Both the position numbers and the translations under genes were made by a program. This document shows, piece after piece, positions 1 through 12,869 of a DNA stretch of 64,000 bases. The first letter of the stretch is position 1. The number at the start of each line of letters is the position of its first letter. The stretch is from positions 558,001 to 622,000 of the forward strand of contig VJWM01000103.1 of the NCBI GenBank assembly GCA_010909165.1, given 5' to 3'. This DNA is from Anthoceros angustus (Eukaryota > Plantae > Anthocerotophyta). Under the pieces are notes generated by a model. It was not told the origin of the DNA, did not search any database, and saw only the letters and a program-made list of their open reading frames with translations.

Positions 1-16
1 TCTGCTGAACGTGCAG

Positions 17-2963
17 CTACCTCAGACATGGCTGCACTTGCATTTCCTCCGCCCCATTGGTAGCGCAATGGCCAGGCGATCAGGAGTCACTGCAGATGCA
101 GCAGCTGCATTGCTCCTCCGGATTTTCTCACAGCCCGTGCTTCTCTTCCCACCACGTGGACATGCGCAAGGAGTCAGAGTAATTACACACCACTTTGAGC
201 TTCCTGGCTATTCTGCTTTCAAAGATGAGGTAATGGAGTTGATTGAGGTGTATTAGCACACTGTGTGGTGAAGAGGTTTTCAAGCCATTCTTCTTTCTCC
301 TGGTGATTGCAGATGGAAATGGCAGCAGTTCAGGCCAATGAGGAAGCAACTTCATGTGCCTTAGCAGCGCTGATGACTGAGCATGGACCTGATGTGGAAC
401 GGCGTGTCTGCTCACTTTGGGAGCTGTCATATGGGTTGCAGCCTGTTGATGTGCCACAGCTGGATATGGCAACCCCTTTACAACCGCCTGTGTTGTCTTG
501 GAATTTATTCCATCCACTTCTCAGAGTAATGGAGCATCTACAACGAGGCACTCGTTCACAAGCCTGTTTGCGCCGGGTCTTTTCAGCAACAGTTGAGACT
601 ATAGTGCAGAGGACATTTCCATGTGAAGAGAACAAAGAGCAAAAGAGTGGGAGCCTCAGGGGATTTCAGGCAGGTGGTGGAGGGGCGGGTGCAAAGAGTG
701 TAGGCATGGCTGAGTTACGAGCAATGGTGCACTGCCTCTTTACAGAGGCATGCCCATCTCCTGATGTGGCTGCTTACCTCCTTGCTGATGCTTTATTGCT
801 GTGCCTCAGCCATGATGCCAAGTGGCAAAAGGAGATCCACTCTAACAAAGAACCCATCTCTCAAGCTGAAACACTGGGAGGTAATCATAAGAAGAGAACA
901 TTTGGATCAGCAGGTGCAGATGACAGGGGGGCAGTAGCAACATTTGACTCCTACCTTGTTGCTGCAATGTGTGCCTTGGCTTGTGAGGTGCAAATGGTCT
1001 CGTTCTCTAGATCTGCTTCTTCCCTTCGACCATCAGCAGCTACAGGGGGTGAGCAGGTTGGCAGCAGTTCATTACCATCTCTTTCGAACGGGACACCTGT
1101 CGGCATTCAGCAAGCAAAGAGGGTTCTTGAACTTCTGGAGAGATTACTGGCTGAAGTCCCTTCACTTGCCGAACAGGGTGTGGGTAGCAGTTGCTCTGAC
1201 ATTGTAGGGGATGGTGTCATTGCTGCGCACATCTCTGGAGTCCTGGGTAATTCAAAAGCTTGCTTGCAGGCTCTTGCTGGTCTGGTACGTTGTAAGTGGG
1301 ATTCTGAGATATGTACACAAGCATCACATGCTCTTGAGCTGGTGCAAGCTTGTGTGCAATCAATGGTTGCAGTTACCAGTTCAGCACCTACAAGTAACAC
1401 GGAGCTTGCTGAAACGTGCATGGAGCCACCCAAGCCCAGTGTGAATGCTTCTGTGTCTGGCCAAGCCCTTGGTCAAGCGCTTTTGTACAGGATGCCACAC
1501 CAAAATAGGACTCCCTCTGGGAGTGTAAGGAATCCTCTGGGCAAGGGAGTAGGTGGCCCATCATCCAGGCTAGGAGCATTGAGAAGTCAGACAAGCATGC
1601 AAAAGAGGCCAAAGCATTCGGATGACCATTGGAGCAGTGGTCCAATACGTGTGATCCTAACTGAGAAGGATGAGCTGGTTGTCTCTGCGGTGCCTTTGAT
1701 ATGGCGAAGGTTGCTCCTTGCGCCAGACTCAACAAACATCGTGGATGGTGCTTCACCAAAACAGGGCTGGCGGCAGGTTGGTTGTAATGTGCTCGCCTGT
1801 GATTGAGTAGGAGTTATGTGGTTTTTCCATCGAAAACTAGTGACACCCACTTGTCCAGGTTATTGAAGCGCTGTGCAAGCTTGTGGAAACTTTTCCTGTA
1901 AAGGCGACATCAGCCATTCTTTTGCAGGTACCTCCTCTGTCAGCAACTGCCTACTTATGTAACTGTCTAACCTTTGAAACGTGGAGCTTGTTTTGAAACA
2001 GGCTTACCTGTAGCTCTAAAATTTTCATCTCAAACCTAAATCCCGTCCCCATATCCTAAAACAGGCGCTCTTTGTTTTGCAATCTATAGGTCCAAAGGGA
2101 TCTTCGCTCCTGGGGGGACCAGAGTGACATGCAAGTTGAGAACGTGCGGAAGGTGAACCGACGCATTGTCACAATCCTGGCTGAGCTTTTGCGGTTGAAA
2201 CACTGTCCAGAAGTTATACGGGTTGCTGCAAAGTCCAGCGACCTCCTACTTCTTGCAACCGATGGCTTGGAGCTCGAGGAAGATGCATATGTACTGCCCC
2301 AGCTTGAGGTATATCCTTGTTTAGACCTCGCCTTTTGGCCTCAGCGATTTTTGCTGTTCGTTCTCTATTGGTTGCATGCCCAACGGTGGTGTAGTACGTA
2401 TATAGGATACATGCCTAGAAACCTCTGGACCCTCTCTATCCCAAAATGTGTAGTGGAAGTTTTGTATTTCTGTTCTCAGCCTTATTTGGGTGTGGCAGCT
2501 ACTCGAGGCTGCAAATATCGCAGTGCAAAGGTCGCTGTCTTGGGACACCAATGGTGGATTGGGTGCCCAAAAGCTTGTTGCAGTGTTGAAGGTAGGATAC
2601 CTTCCTACGTACACATGCTAAAATGCATATACACGAGTGACAGACTGTCAACAACTTGGGTATTAACCTACTGGCTGTTTTCAGGACCGCATTACCGGAG
2701 CTGTGCGATGTCTCTCCCACTGCTGTGTCGATGCACGAGTCTTGAGCCAGACTTTCCTTCAAGACTTGCGTGTTGCCGACTCAGTTCGGTTGGGCTTTCC
2801 TGCGAGCGGTGAGTGTGGCAGCATGCGTGACACCATTGACAGTGGAAAAAGAGCAGTTGAAGAGACATTATTCATGGAGGCCCAGCGCCGTCGCGCCGCT
2901 GGGTTATCTTTAACCTTCTTGGCAGCTGCAGCTACAGCTTTAGGTTGTGCCATAATTACGTAA
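17..2963 (+). CDS. GI: GIGANTEA, 3' portion (multi-exon; 5' part lies outside the window)
   Basis: Translated exons match GI motifs: LPQTWLHLHFLRPIGSAM, PLQPPVLSWNLFHPLLRVMEHL, AELRAMVHCLF, FDSYLVAAMCALACEVQ, KQGWRQ/VIEALCKLV, SSDLLLLATDG..LPQLE/LLEAA and the C-terminal LAAAATALGCAIIT*. Introns are GT-AG; stop at 2961-2963. Confidence 0.95.
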
Positions 2964-3164
2964 ATACATTTTTTTTATTTAAGGTCGGCAATGGGATGTT
3001 TTTTTTTCCCCAGTGCTATGGGTCGCTGCAATTATAGACGGGGTGATGAAGCTGAACACCATTGTCAAAGCCATTTCTATCGGTATTTTACGAAGTGACT
3101 GAGTCATGGGTTGTTTTATCCAACACCACACGATAGATTAAATGGTACATACGTGACTACATAA

Positions 3165-5109
3165 CTACGTCAAGGTCCCTCTTCCATGCTTGCTTTTCCT
3201 CAGAAGCTCCGAGAGCTTGCGGGACACCTGCGTTAGCAGACATAGTCAATATCCACTCACCCAATTCGGTACAACATGTAAGCACGGCACACTATAGTGA
3301 CGGGAGGGTAAGAAGTCCCCAACCTCAATTGCGATCATCGTAGGCGTAAGCTCCGATGTCTCTTCACAATTTGCTTCCCTCGCGAGCTCTGTTCGCAGTC
3401 AGCATACAACTAGCCCGTGTTCATTGGTTCACATGCCCACTGCTACGCTGCTGTGTCCAGAAGAGAGAACAAACACAGAGACATCGTACCTTCCAAATTA
3501 ACGATAACATCGGCATTCTCATAAGCCCCCCCTCTCTCCTCCAAGATTGTGGATAGGCGGGAGAAAGCCTTCACGTACAGTGTGGTATGCCCGTCAGCAC
3601 AAATCAGCAGGTTGAAAACCCCGATCCAAAATGTTCAAGCGAAACAGATACTGAACAAACCAGACCTGGGTGAAGGCGCAATCTGAGACAGCAACTCTCT
3701 CACCCAGCAGCGGCCTCGAATGTGTACCCACAGCCACCACTCTCTCGGCAAGAGCCTTCAATGGCACGTTTAGCCACACAGTAACTCCATGCCGTAGGTA
3801 ACCCCTGCAACCCACATGTTTGTGAGGGCAGAATTCATGGTTGGGAAAGTTTACCAGTAGCTAACGTACAGCAGAGCATGTGCACAGTCCACTCACCAAT
3901 TGTTGGGCCGAATAACAGCACCCCCACCAGTTGCCACCACCAGACGACCCATGGAACTCAATTGAGCGAGGACCTCTGTCTGTTGTTAAAGGTACGTCAG
4001 AGCAAGAGAAGCATGAATCTAGCTGGCCCTTGCCACCAGCGCGAATATCATTCTTTCCACTGGGAAAAGAGAAATTGACTTGCCTCTGCATCCCGGAAAT
4101 TTTTTTCACTTTCTCTAAATAGTTCAGCCACTGTTGCACCCGCTGCAGCTTCGATGAGGTCATCGCTGTGTAAACAAAAAGCATCGCAGATATGAGCAAA
4201 GATGAACCGAGACGGATACCTGCACCCGCTAGATACCGTAACAATGTTGGATGACTTACGTGTCAAAGAACATGTAACCCATGGCTTCAGCCAGGATCTT
4301 CCCCACTGTGGTTTTACCGCTCCCCATCATGCCTGCGCAGACAGGAGCATGTCAGGTGCAAGTTAAGATCGCAGAAAGCATATAACGCTCTTTTGAGGGA
4401 GCACAGGAAAAGGAGCAACAACTTCTGCATAGCTGGAGCAGGCCAACTTAGGGACTACACGACAATTAAGGACAGAGACACTTGCGATAGAGAGACAGGC
4501 ACATGGACAAACCTACGAGGAAGATGCAACTCCCCCGAAGATCCTTGGACAGACTTTGTGCCAGACTCTGCAAGTGATCCAAGGGACACCACCGTTCAAA
4601 CACGCCCTGATGGCCACCCAGCAGAGTGACGCTACAAGGCAGCTAAGCTACATTGCGCTCCTTGAGCAATCGTTACCTTGAGAACCACTTCCTGCTCGTC
4701 GGTTCTCACATCCTGCTCATCTTGAGATGAGAAGGAGCTCTCCTGCTCGGCGGCTGCAATACACCAGCAAGAGAATCAGACCAACCCAAGGGAAAGCCGT
4801 ATGTCGGGATTCCAATCCTTCATCCCAAGGGAAAGGGCAAGCAGCCCGAACGACGAAGAGAGCACATGCAGACTTGCCGAGATAACGCCCATTCTGCAGA
4901 CACCGCGCCGCAAGCCCCACCCTTCTTGGCCGCTCTGGGGCTGTGAATTTCGCCTCATACCGGCTGAGAGCCGACCTCAAAACAGCCCGGCCCTGCTGCA
5001 CCTGATGGCGCTGGTAGAGGTGGTGGTGGTGCGCTGAGGAAGAGGGGGAGGGAAGCTGCACCTCCCTCCAGATGGAGGACAACGATCCGGGCAGTCTCAC
5101 CACCTCCAT
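3165..5109 (-). CDS. SK: Shikimate kinase, plastid-targeted (multi-exon)
   Basis: Spliced exons give [29 protein letters not shown] (Walker A), [28 protein letters not shown] and [28 protein letters not shown]. The N-terminus from ATG 5109 is S/R-rich like a transit peptide; last exon ends GRGTLT* (TAG 3165-3167). Confidence 0.9.
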
Positions 5110-7272
5110 CGCTGCCCCTCGGGCTGCTCTCACACAGCAGTGGAAGCAAGCATCTCAGAGAGCTACCCTGCTGAAAAGGGCAATGGGCTATGGGCAGTGG
5201 GGAGTGCGCTGGGAAAAGCGTGCCAGTGCCACCACCTTCCGCTTCCGTGGGTCGGAACGGCTGTTGAAAGTAGTCCGGAAGTGCTGCCTGGTGTTGGGAT
5301 GGAGGGTCCTCAGGGCCGGCAGCCAACCACCTTCCGTTGGGTTGGGACTTTCCCTGCCCGACAGATCCATCCAATAGCTTGGGCAGGCCCGACTCAAGAG
5401 AGACCCCAATTATTCGCTGCTTCTACACACTCTCAATAAGTTCTCGCTGCCACTGTTTATTCTGTCGTGCATCCACCGTACAGTAGGTAGCAGACATACA
5501 AGACCTGGTCCCCGGGTTGCCGCAAACCAAACCCCACAACTAACGGCCCCAGACAGCGCCGCGTGGCCACAGCACCGCCTGTGCTTGGAAGGGAGAAACT
5601 GGTGTCAGACTTGGTTCCGCATCGTATAGTCTACACAAAGTTTACCACTTCACAACTCTCATGTCAGCTGACATCCTTTCCCTGGAAACAGTGCCTCACA
5701 GAACCTCTTCTCCTGTTCCAACGTTCCAACCACATACGGTATCAATTCCCCAGCCAATAATGGAAGTCCAGCATACGGGAGCTGCCTACATGTACTGTAC
5801 ATACATCAGTACATATACACTGCCAGCCGTGGATACACATACTAGCCGTCTTCACACATGAAGTCCCCGCACTTCCAAAAACGCTAGGGCAATGGACTCT
5901 CCTTGAACAACCTCTCACAGAAGAACTCAAGAGGTGAAAGCGAGCCGGTGAAAACGGCTGCGATGTCAGCTATGTACGTTGTGCCAGTAACCTTCTGCAA
6001 TCGCAAGCCGCATGGGAGCCATCGTACCGCAGAAAAAAGTTCCTTTGCCTCAGGAAACGCATGAACATATGCACATACGTCACCTTGCTGTCGTAAGCGC
6101 GTGAAGGTGCGCGGTCCTTGGCGCATGCCGCACACATGCAAAGCCGACCTGTCGTGTGATTGATCTCCTGTAACGTCTTGCTTGGAAATATTGGGATAAC
6201 ATTGCCACAAAATTGCCCGGCCATGACAAAACGGATGGATTTGCTCACGGAGGCTGTGAATGTCTTGGAATGCTCTCGGCTCTTCAGCTGCGCACATCAC
6301 TCTAGCCTGGCATGTTATCATCTGTTCAGCGGCGCCGGTTGGTTCATTCATTTCATCACCAACCCGCTCTCATGTCCTTCACCTCAGCCTCAACGATTCG
6401 CATGCCCTAAGTTCGGAGTTTAATGACTCTGTGACGCCAAGCGCTCCGTCCGAACGACGTCGTCTCTTGTTCCGCGAAACTTGCAAAGCGCACCAGTTTT
6501 TCCCCTACATATTCTTAGGAATGTTCCCTGCCAGCCTCGAGTTTCCAGAGTGCACATGCAGACATCTTGCGCGCTGCGTGCGAAGAAGCTGAGGCGGCGT
6601 GGGAGACGCAAGCGGCCACAGACGGTGTGCTAGCAACAAACAGCTCCTGTCGCTGAGCGGGCCATCTCGCCACGACAGAGGCACCGAGGTCGGTCACGCG
6701 AGAGGTTACATTTTTCTGTCTGGACTACATTAGGTTGGCATATTAGGGCTGTAGGTGATCAGAACTGTCTTCGTATTTGAGTTGAGGGACTTCCTGGTAG
6801 AGTTGGGGCTCGATGTTCTAAATAGGTGATTAGGTAGGTACTGAATTAGAGTATGATTGAATATGCAGGTAAGATTCTTTTAAAGGTTATCGATAATACT
6901 AAGTCGGGCATCGATCCGATATCCTATACTCGTAAAGAGCCTGTGCCTGTGCCTATAAGACATTTTTGTCAGCGAGTAATACGACAATCTGTATTAGGGA
7001 GGTGAGTTGTAAGGTCTCTCAGAAAATGACCTACCTATGTATCGGGTACTCTCCATAAACTGGAGGAAGCAACGAGCCCTAATTCCGTGTGTATGTAGGT
7101 GGCTGTTTTCGCAGGACGCTGCCTTTCCCTTCCTCGAAACACAGGACAGGGCCACCTGCGTGCCGCGTGAAGTTGGAGACACGGCGGAGGCGGGAAGGGA
7201 CGGGACGGGAGCGGGACGAGACGCATCGTAAGGACGCATCGCAATTGTCTGAGATCGCAGCTGGGAGCGGGC

Positions 7273-10206
7273 ATGGCGGACATGGCGGACATGGCAAACG
7301 AGGCATCCGAGGAGTGTTGCGCGGTGTGCGCGGATCCGCTGGAGTGGGTGGCCTACGGGCCGTGTGGGCACAGGGATGTGTGCAGCAAGTGCGTGGCTCG
7401 AATGCGTGTGGTGCTCAACGACAAGCGATGCTGCATCTGCAAGCAGGAGAGCGAGGCGGTTGTGGTGACCCGGGCGGAGGGCGGCTCCAGCCTACGGGGG
7501 GAGGAATTTGCGCTTCTGGCAGGCCGGGTGAAGTCGGGGGGGAATTTGTGGTTCGAGCCGAAGGTTGGGGCGTATGTGGAGGACAGGGAGCAGCTTTGCA
7601 TGCTGCAGGCGCTGAGCCGCATCTCGTGTGGCGTGTGCGAGAATCTGGCCCCCGGGGCGGCCCCGGTCCGGGGGGCCGTGGTCCAGGGGTTTGCTTTCTC
7701 CCGCTTGGAGGACATGCGGCGCCATCTGCAGGCCGTGCATAAGCTCGTCATGTGCGATCTGTGTCTGGAAGGGAGGAAGGTTTTTGTGAGCGAGCAGAAA
7801 GTGTACACGCGGGCGCAGCTGGATCGGCACTCAGCTAAGGGGAATTCGCAGGCGGATGGGACGCAAGAGGAGAGGGGAGGGTTCAGCGGCCATCCCTTGT
7901 GTGGCTTTTGTAAGAAGCGGTTCTACGGGGACAACGAGCTGTACTCGCATATGGCGCAGGAGCACTTCAAGTGTCATCTGTGTGAGCAGGATAGGCCGGG
8001 CCATTTTGTGTATTATAACAACTACGAGGATTTGGAGACGCATTTCAGGCAGAGTCACCTGCTGTGTGAGGATCCTGAGTGCTTGGCCAGGAAGTTTGTG
8101 GTGTTCGCTACTGAGGCAGACTTGAAGTGGCACAATGCCAGTTCACATGGTGGGAAGATGTCTCGTTCGCAGCGTCAGGCTGCGTTGCAGATCCCTGTCA
8201 GTTTTCAGTACAGGCGGCCCGAGGGTGACAGGGGCGGGTCCTCCTTTGCTCGGGATGGTCGGAGACGGGGTCGTACCAGCTATGCTGATGGCGAGGATGG
8301 AATGGCGGCTGCAGTGGCCGCCAGTCTGGCTTCGGCTGCTCCTGAAGCTGCGGGCGAGTCTGCAGGAGAATTTCGGCCTGGCTCTGCCCATTCTGCTGCT
8401 TCTGCGTCTGCCAGTTCCACAGGGAACCACGTGGGAGCATCTGCTGGATTAGAAGACTGGGAATCTGAAGCTGGACCATCGAGATATCGTCAAGCTGTTC
8501 ATGGTGCTGGCCCTTCCACTTTAGGTGAATCAGCCTTTCCTCCTCTCCCAAGCGCCTCCAAGAGTGCAGGTCGGAAAGGAAACATTCAGGCCGGGGGCCG
8601 TTCTATAGCTTCTATACTAGGTGGTGGAAGGTCCAACGTCCGCTTGTTGAACTCCAAGGCATCCAAAAAATCGCAGCAAGGAACTCAGAGGCCTCCTACT
8701 CCACAACAGAGTGTGGCTGTGGTTGAGAGTGCAATTGGTGAGGGTCAGGTGCCTAGAAATGGTGAGCGGCTCCTTCCAGCTGGGGTTCATGGTGGACTGG
8801 GTGGACATGGCCCTCCTCGAAATACTCCACTTCCTACAGCCAAGGCAGTGACGACACTTGGGCCAAGTGGGGTGGAGGCATCCTCCAGTGGACCTGCCAA
8901 TGGCCTCAGTGGACCTGCCAATGGCCTCAGTGGACCTGCCAATGGCTTCAGTGGACCTGCTAATGGCTTCAGTGGACCTGCCAATGACTTCAGTGGACCT
9001 GCCAATGGCTTCAGTGGACCTGCCAATGGCTTCAGTGGACCTGCCAATGGCTTCAGTCGACTTGGTCCGGAGGAAATCCGTGCCAGGAATAAGGTGATGG
9101 TGGAGCAGATTCGGACTGCGCTGAGAGGCAACGATGAGCAGTTTGCAGAGTTTAAGAAGGTTTCAAAGGACTGGAGGAATGGGGCCATGAGCTCTAAGGA
9201 TTTCTGTACCTACATTGTCAGGCTTGGGCTATCACACGTTGTTCCAGAGCTTGCAGAACTATGTCCAGATCAACAGAAGCAAATGGAGCTACGAGATGCG
9301 TACAATCTCGGTTTACGGTCATCTCCAAATTCGAGTAGGAGAATAGCAGGTGGCACTGAGGAAACATCCTCGGCGGCTGATGCAAAGGCAAAAACTGCAG
9401 GCAGGGGGAAACAGGTCATGGAGGTATCAGATACAAGACTTTCTGAAGTAGCAGTCTCTGGGTCTTCTTCGTCCTCAAGAGTCAGCGTAGGTAAGGGCCC
9501 CTTGGAAGTAGCATCGTCTCTTCTGTTTCCTCCTTTGAATGAGAACAATGTTGGGAAGAGGTCATCAGCAGGTTCATCTTCTAACCCTTTACCTTCAATG
9601 AGAGAGGGACTGGGTTGGGGACCTCCAGAATTGGCAAGCTCTTCAAGCAGAGAAAAACCTGACAGCAGATCTCATGAGGGGCAATCTTCAAGTGCTTTTC
9701 CTCCATTGACTCCGAAAGACAAGTCAGGGCTACAGGACGATGCAAGTAGTTCGTCAACCAATGGAAGGCCAGAGAGTCAGGTGGGCAGCTCCGAGGCATT
9801 ATCAAGACAGAGTTCTCTAAAGCTACCAGCCGGAGATCCTGCAAGTGGTGAATGGGAGTGTAGTGTTTGTACGCTGCGAAACCAGAACGACAACACACAC
9901 TGTTGCGCATGTGGCTCGTGCAACGGGGAGGTTTTGGAGAAGGCTTCAGATGCTGCGAGCCAACTAAAGCGGAAAAAGAAGACATCTAAGTTCAATCGCA
10001 GCAGATTGGGGAATGGGTCTGCTGCAGCTCTGTTTGGTTCATTGGACTCCAGTTCAGCTGAGCAGTCTGTATCTCAAGAAGTTTCAACTGCAGATGGGAA
10101 CAGCACAGGAGCATCTTGTCGAGGGGTTTGGAACAATGGCGGAGGGCAGAGACTTGTGTCGAAGGTTCAAAGGGCAGCTGTTGTGGAGTCCGCTTGGAGC
10201 AAATAG
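7273..10206 (+). CDS. ZNF598: ZNF598/Hel2-like RING E3 ubiquitin ligase (ribosome quality control), intronless, 977 aa
   Basis: N-terminal RING (CAVCAD..GPCGHRDVCSKC..CCIC), several C2H2 fingers (CGFCKKRFYGDNELYSHM..EHFKCHLC; HLLCEDPECLARKFVVF), low-complexity middle region, a helical LRGNDEQFAEFKKVS domain and a C-terminal RanBP2-type finger (WECSVCTLRN..HCCAC). Confidence 0.9.
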   Translation: MADMADMANEASEECCAVCADPLEWVAYGPCGHRDVCSKCVARMRVVLNDKRCCICKQESEAVVVTRAEGGSSLRGEEFALLAGRVKSGGNLWFEPKVGAYVEDREQLCMLQALSRISCGVCENLAPGAAPVRGAVVQGFAFSRLEDMRRHLQAVHKLVMCDLCLEGRKVFVSEQKVYTRAQLDRHSAKGNSQADGTQEERGGFSGHPLCGFCKKRFYGDNELYSHMAQEHFKCHLCEQDRPGHFVYYNNYEDLETHFRQSHLLCEDPECLARKFVVFATEADLKWHNASSHGGKMSRSQRQAALQIPVSFQYRRPEGDRGGSSFARDGRRRGRTSYADGEDGMAAAVAASLASAAPEAAGESAGEFRPGSAHSAASASASSTGNHVGASAGLEDWESEAGPSRYRQAVHGAGPSTLGESAFPPLPSASKSAGRKGNIQAGGRSIASILGGGRSNVRLLNSKASKKSQQGTQRPPTPQQSVAVVESAIGEGQVPRNGERLLPAGVHGGLGGHGPPRNTPLPTAKAVTTLGPSGVEASSSGPANGLSGPANGLSGPANGFSGPANGFSGPANDFSGPANGFSGPANGFSGPANGFSRLGPEEIRARNKVMVEQIRTALRGNDEQFAEFKKVSKDWRNGAMSSKDFCTYIVRLGLSHVVPELAELCPDQQKQMELRDAYNLGLRSSPNSSRRIAGGTEETSSAADAKAKTAGRGKQVMEVSDTRLSEVAVSGSSSSSRVSVGKGPLEVASSLLFPPLNENNVGKRSSAGSSSNPLPSMREGLGWGPPELASSSSREKPDSRSHEGQSSSAFPPLTPKDKSGLQDDASSSSTNGRPESQVGSSEALSRQSSLKLPAGDPASGEWECSVCTLRNQNDNTHCCACGSCNGEVLEKASDAASQLKRKKKTSKFNRSRLGNGSAAALFGSLDSSSAEQSVSQEVSTADGNSTGASCRGVWNNGGGQRLVSKVQRAAVVESAWSK
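8887..9054 (+). repeat. 8 x 21-bp coding tandem repeat (AGTGGACCTGCCAATGGCYTC = SGPANG[F/L])
   Basis: Read directly; units are in phase from 8887 to 9054. Confidence 0.97.
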
Positions 10207-12869
10207 CAGTGCTGGCAATTATTTGTTCAATGTAATCGCAGGCGATGGATGGCACCATCATCATACAGCAGTCGAGGAGCCTGTTAGTTGGCTCGTTGTG
10301 AATATTCCCGTTGCCGTAGCAACAATTTTTTGGTTCAAGAACTCGGAGAGTTGGCAGGGCGCAATAGCCCTGGCAACTTTGGCTGGGAAGAACCCCTAGC
10401 CCATGTGTTCCCACATGGAGGTCGTTTGCCCAGCACTTGTCATTACTACTTGTATTGCAAGCTTCGTGAGTGCTTGCACAGAGAGAGCTCATATACCCAT
10501 GTTGCTAAAATCCTGCTTCGTAGCCACGTCAATTTTCCAGCCTTAAGGTCTGGGCAACTCATTAAAAGACTGCCTACGTGTAATAGTCGGCCATTCCCCA
10601 GGAGTCGACGGCGGGAGATAAGATTGTGAAGCCACGCTTGACTAGTCGTGAAGCCTTGGAATTTCGTGTAGCTCGATCTGGGGAATGAGAGTGCCTTATA
10701 GCGTAAAAGGACTGAAAGATTTGCAGAGAAGCCTGACGTGGAGGCGAATTGAAGCAGAGGCCCTGGTTTTGCGGCCGAAATCCTGACGTTTAGGACAGTC
10801 CCGCGGAGTTCTTGCTTCGCAAGAGGCGGAGGACATCCATGTGCGCGGCACCGGCCAGCCTTGGCCGGCGGGGCTTCTTGGGAATCAGCCTGGGCCGGGC
10901 TCTAGTCTTGCACTCCTTGGCCGCATACGCGCGGTCTGTCTCCACATCTATACTCGTAACTGCTGAGCTTGCTACCCAAAAAACGCTTGCGCTTCTCATC
11001 CTGAATGTGAAAAGGTAGGTAGTAATCGGTGGCGGTGTAGTGGGGGCGACGTTTGTATGGAGTGGCAGAGGTTTAGATGGTTTTGTCTCAGCTTATGTAT
11101 ATGGAACTGGATTAGAAGACGCAAGTTATTTGATAGCGGGATACTCTTTATTAGATAGTGCGATCTTGTTTAGTGTTTATCTGAATAAATAATATATTTA
11201 TTGTTATCTTAAATTATTTGCACTATGTTCCTATCTATGTGCTATAGGAGTTTTTTTTATTGAGGTGAAGAAACGATGAGAAGAGCCCATCCAGGAGGGG
11301 ACAACCAAAGAGGACCCAGGGGTCGAGGTGGAGAGGAGCAACTGAGCTCTCTACCTAAAGTCACCTCTTGCACCCATAATGTCATATGCAGGAAGAATAA
11401 ATGGCCTGCAAACCACGGAGGTAGAGGAAGATGCGTCACCTATTGTCGCCGCCTTATAAGGATCGTTGTTGAGAGCGCTCAGTGGAAATTGAAGCTGCCT
11501 AAGTATCGTGAAGTACGAGAGGACACACAGATCTGACGATGGTAAGCTTTGGCACAAGACTTGACAAATTTGTTAAAGTCCTCAGCCATTGCCCCATACG
11601 TTTTTAGTGCAAGCGGAATAAAGAGGTGGCCCACTTGTATCCTACTATATTTGCAAACCTTGAGAGCCGCTCCTCCAGCGGCAGCCCAACCTAGACGGTT
11701 AGTGATGACCTGAGCGGAGATGGTGTCACGTATAGGATCAGTAACCACCACATCCACCACCGAAACCTGGTCGTCACAGACAAGGTATAAGTCAGCTCTA
11801 ATTGAACGACCTGTACGGAGAGTATACCCCCACTCCCTCTGGGCCATGTAGCCGCTTTCGCGAGCGATGGCGAACATGACAACGCGGATGGCGTCATGAG
11901 TGGCAATGCGATGACCCTCGTGGGGACAACGAGCAAGGTGTACCTGTCGCGCCATAGCTGCATAGCGGACATGGCATTGATCGGGTCTACGTTTACACCG
12001 TAATCTACCCTAACGCATACTTTGCAAAACACACCGTAACGGCGATGCCCTATGCTAAGCAAAAAGAAACAAAAGAAGAGGGTAAACACCACAATGGCAA
12101 AACTTGTTCGGCGTCCCCCGTGGGCACACCCGTTGAATTCACAAACCGGCACACATTGCACAAACACTTCTCAAGCTTCCTCCCCGATGCCCTTCTCATT
12201 CCAGAGCCGCACACCAACCGCCCATCCGGGAACTGTATGGCTGTTCTGTCTATGAACAAACATCAGCAATCCGCCCACTCCCGTGGATTGCTGCCTCTTT
12301 TATCTCCTTTCGCTTGGCACCGCGCGCCATCAATCGCGGGCGACTTGCTTGATGAGCGCGCGATGCCGCCCGTGATCTCGGCGGAAACCACAATCTTGCC
12401 GTGATTATGGTTCGGCGCTCTAAACTTGGCTGCTATAATACCCCGTCTGTATCAGAGATGGGGTTATACATGCCCATCATCACCCATGCCCATGCATGTG
12501 AGCATGCGCTCACACCCATCCGCATGCATGATAACCATCGCATGCGTCAGCAGCAGCAAGAGCTCCATATTGGGCGACTTCCCTTCTGCGGAGTTCACAT
12601 GCTCAGGATCCTCCAACTGCCTGAAGGATTTGGGCATTTTGGGTTGACTCCTAGTCCCCATCCGTTTTTCCTTTGACAGCCTCCCCCATATCGACACCAC
12701 CTTCAGCACCATGGGTCATCCCTACGGTCATCAACGCGTATACTTCTTGGTCCGAATCGTATTCTTCCAAGGCAGCGTCAGCGGCTCTTGATGTGTTGAC
12801 ACTCATCGCCAGTTGCTCCTGCAATCGGTGCACCTCACTGAGAAGCGCCTTCCGTGTGTAGCCCGCTGT

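Noticed and set aside
8887-9054. CRISPR-like array
   Set aside because: The repeats are contiguous with no spacers, lie in frame inside a eukaryotic gene, and no cas genes are present.
10790-11020. Short ORFs downstream of ZNF598 resembling RNase H or TE fragments
   Set aside because: No convincing catalytic motif; too short to support.
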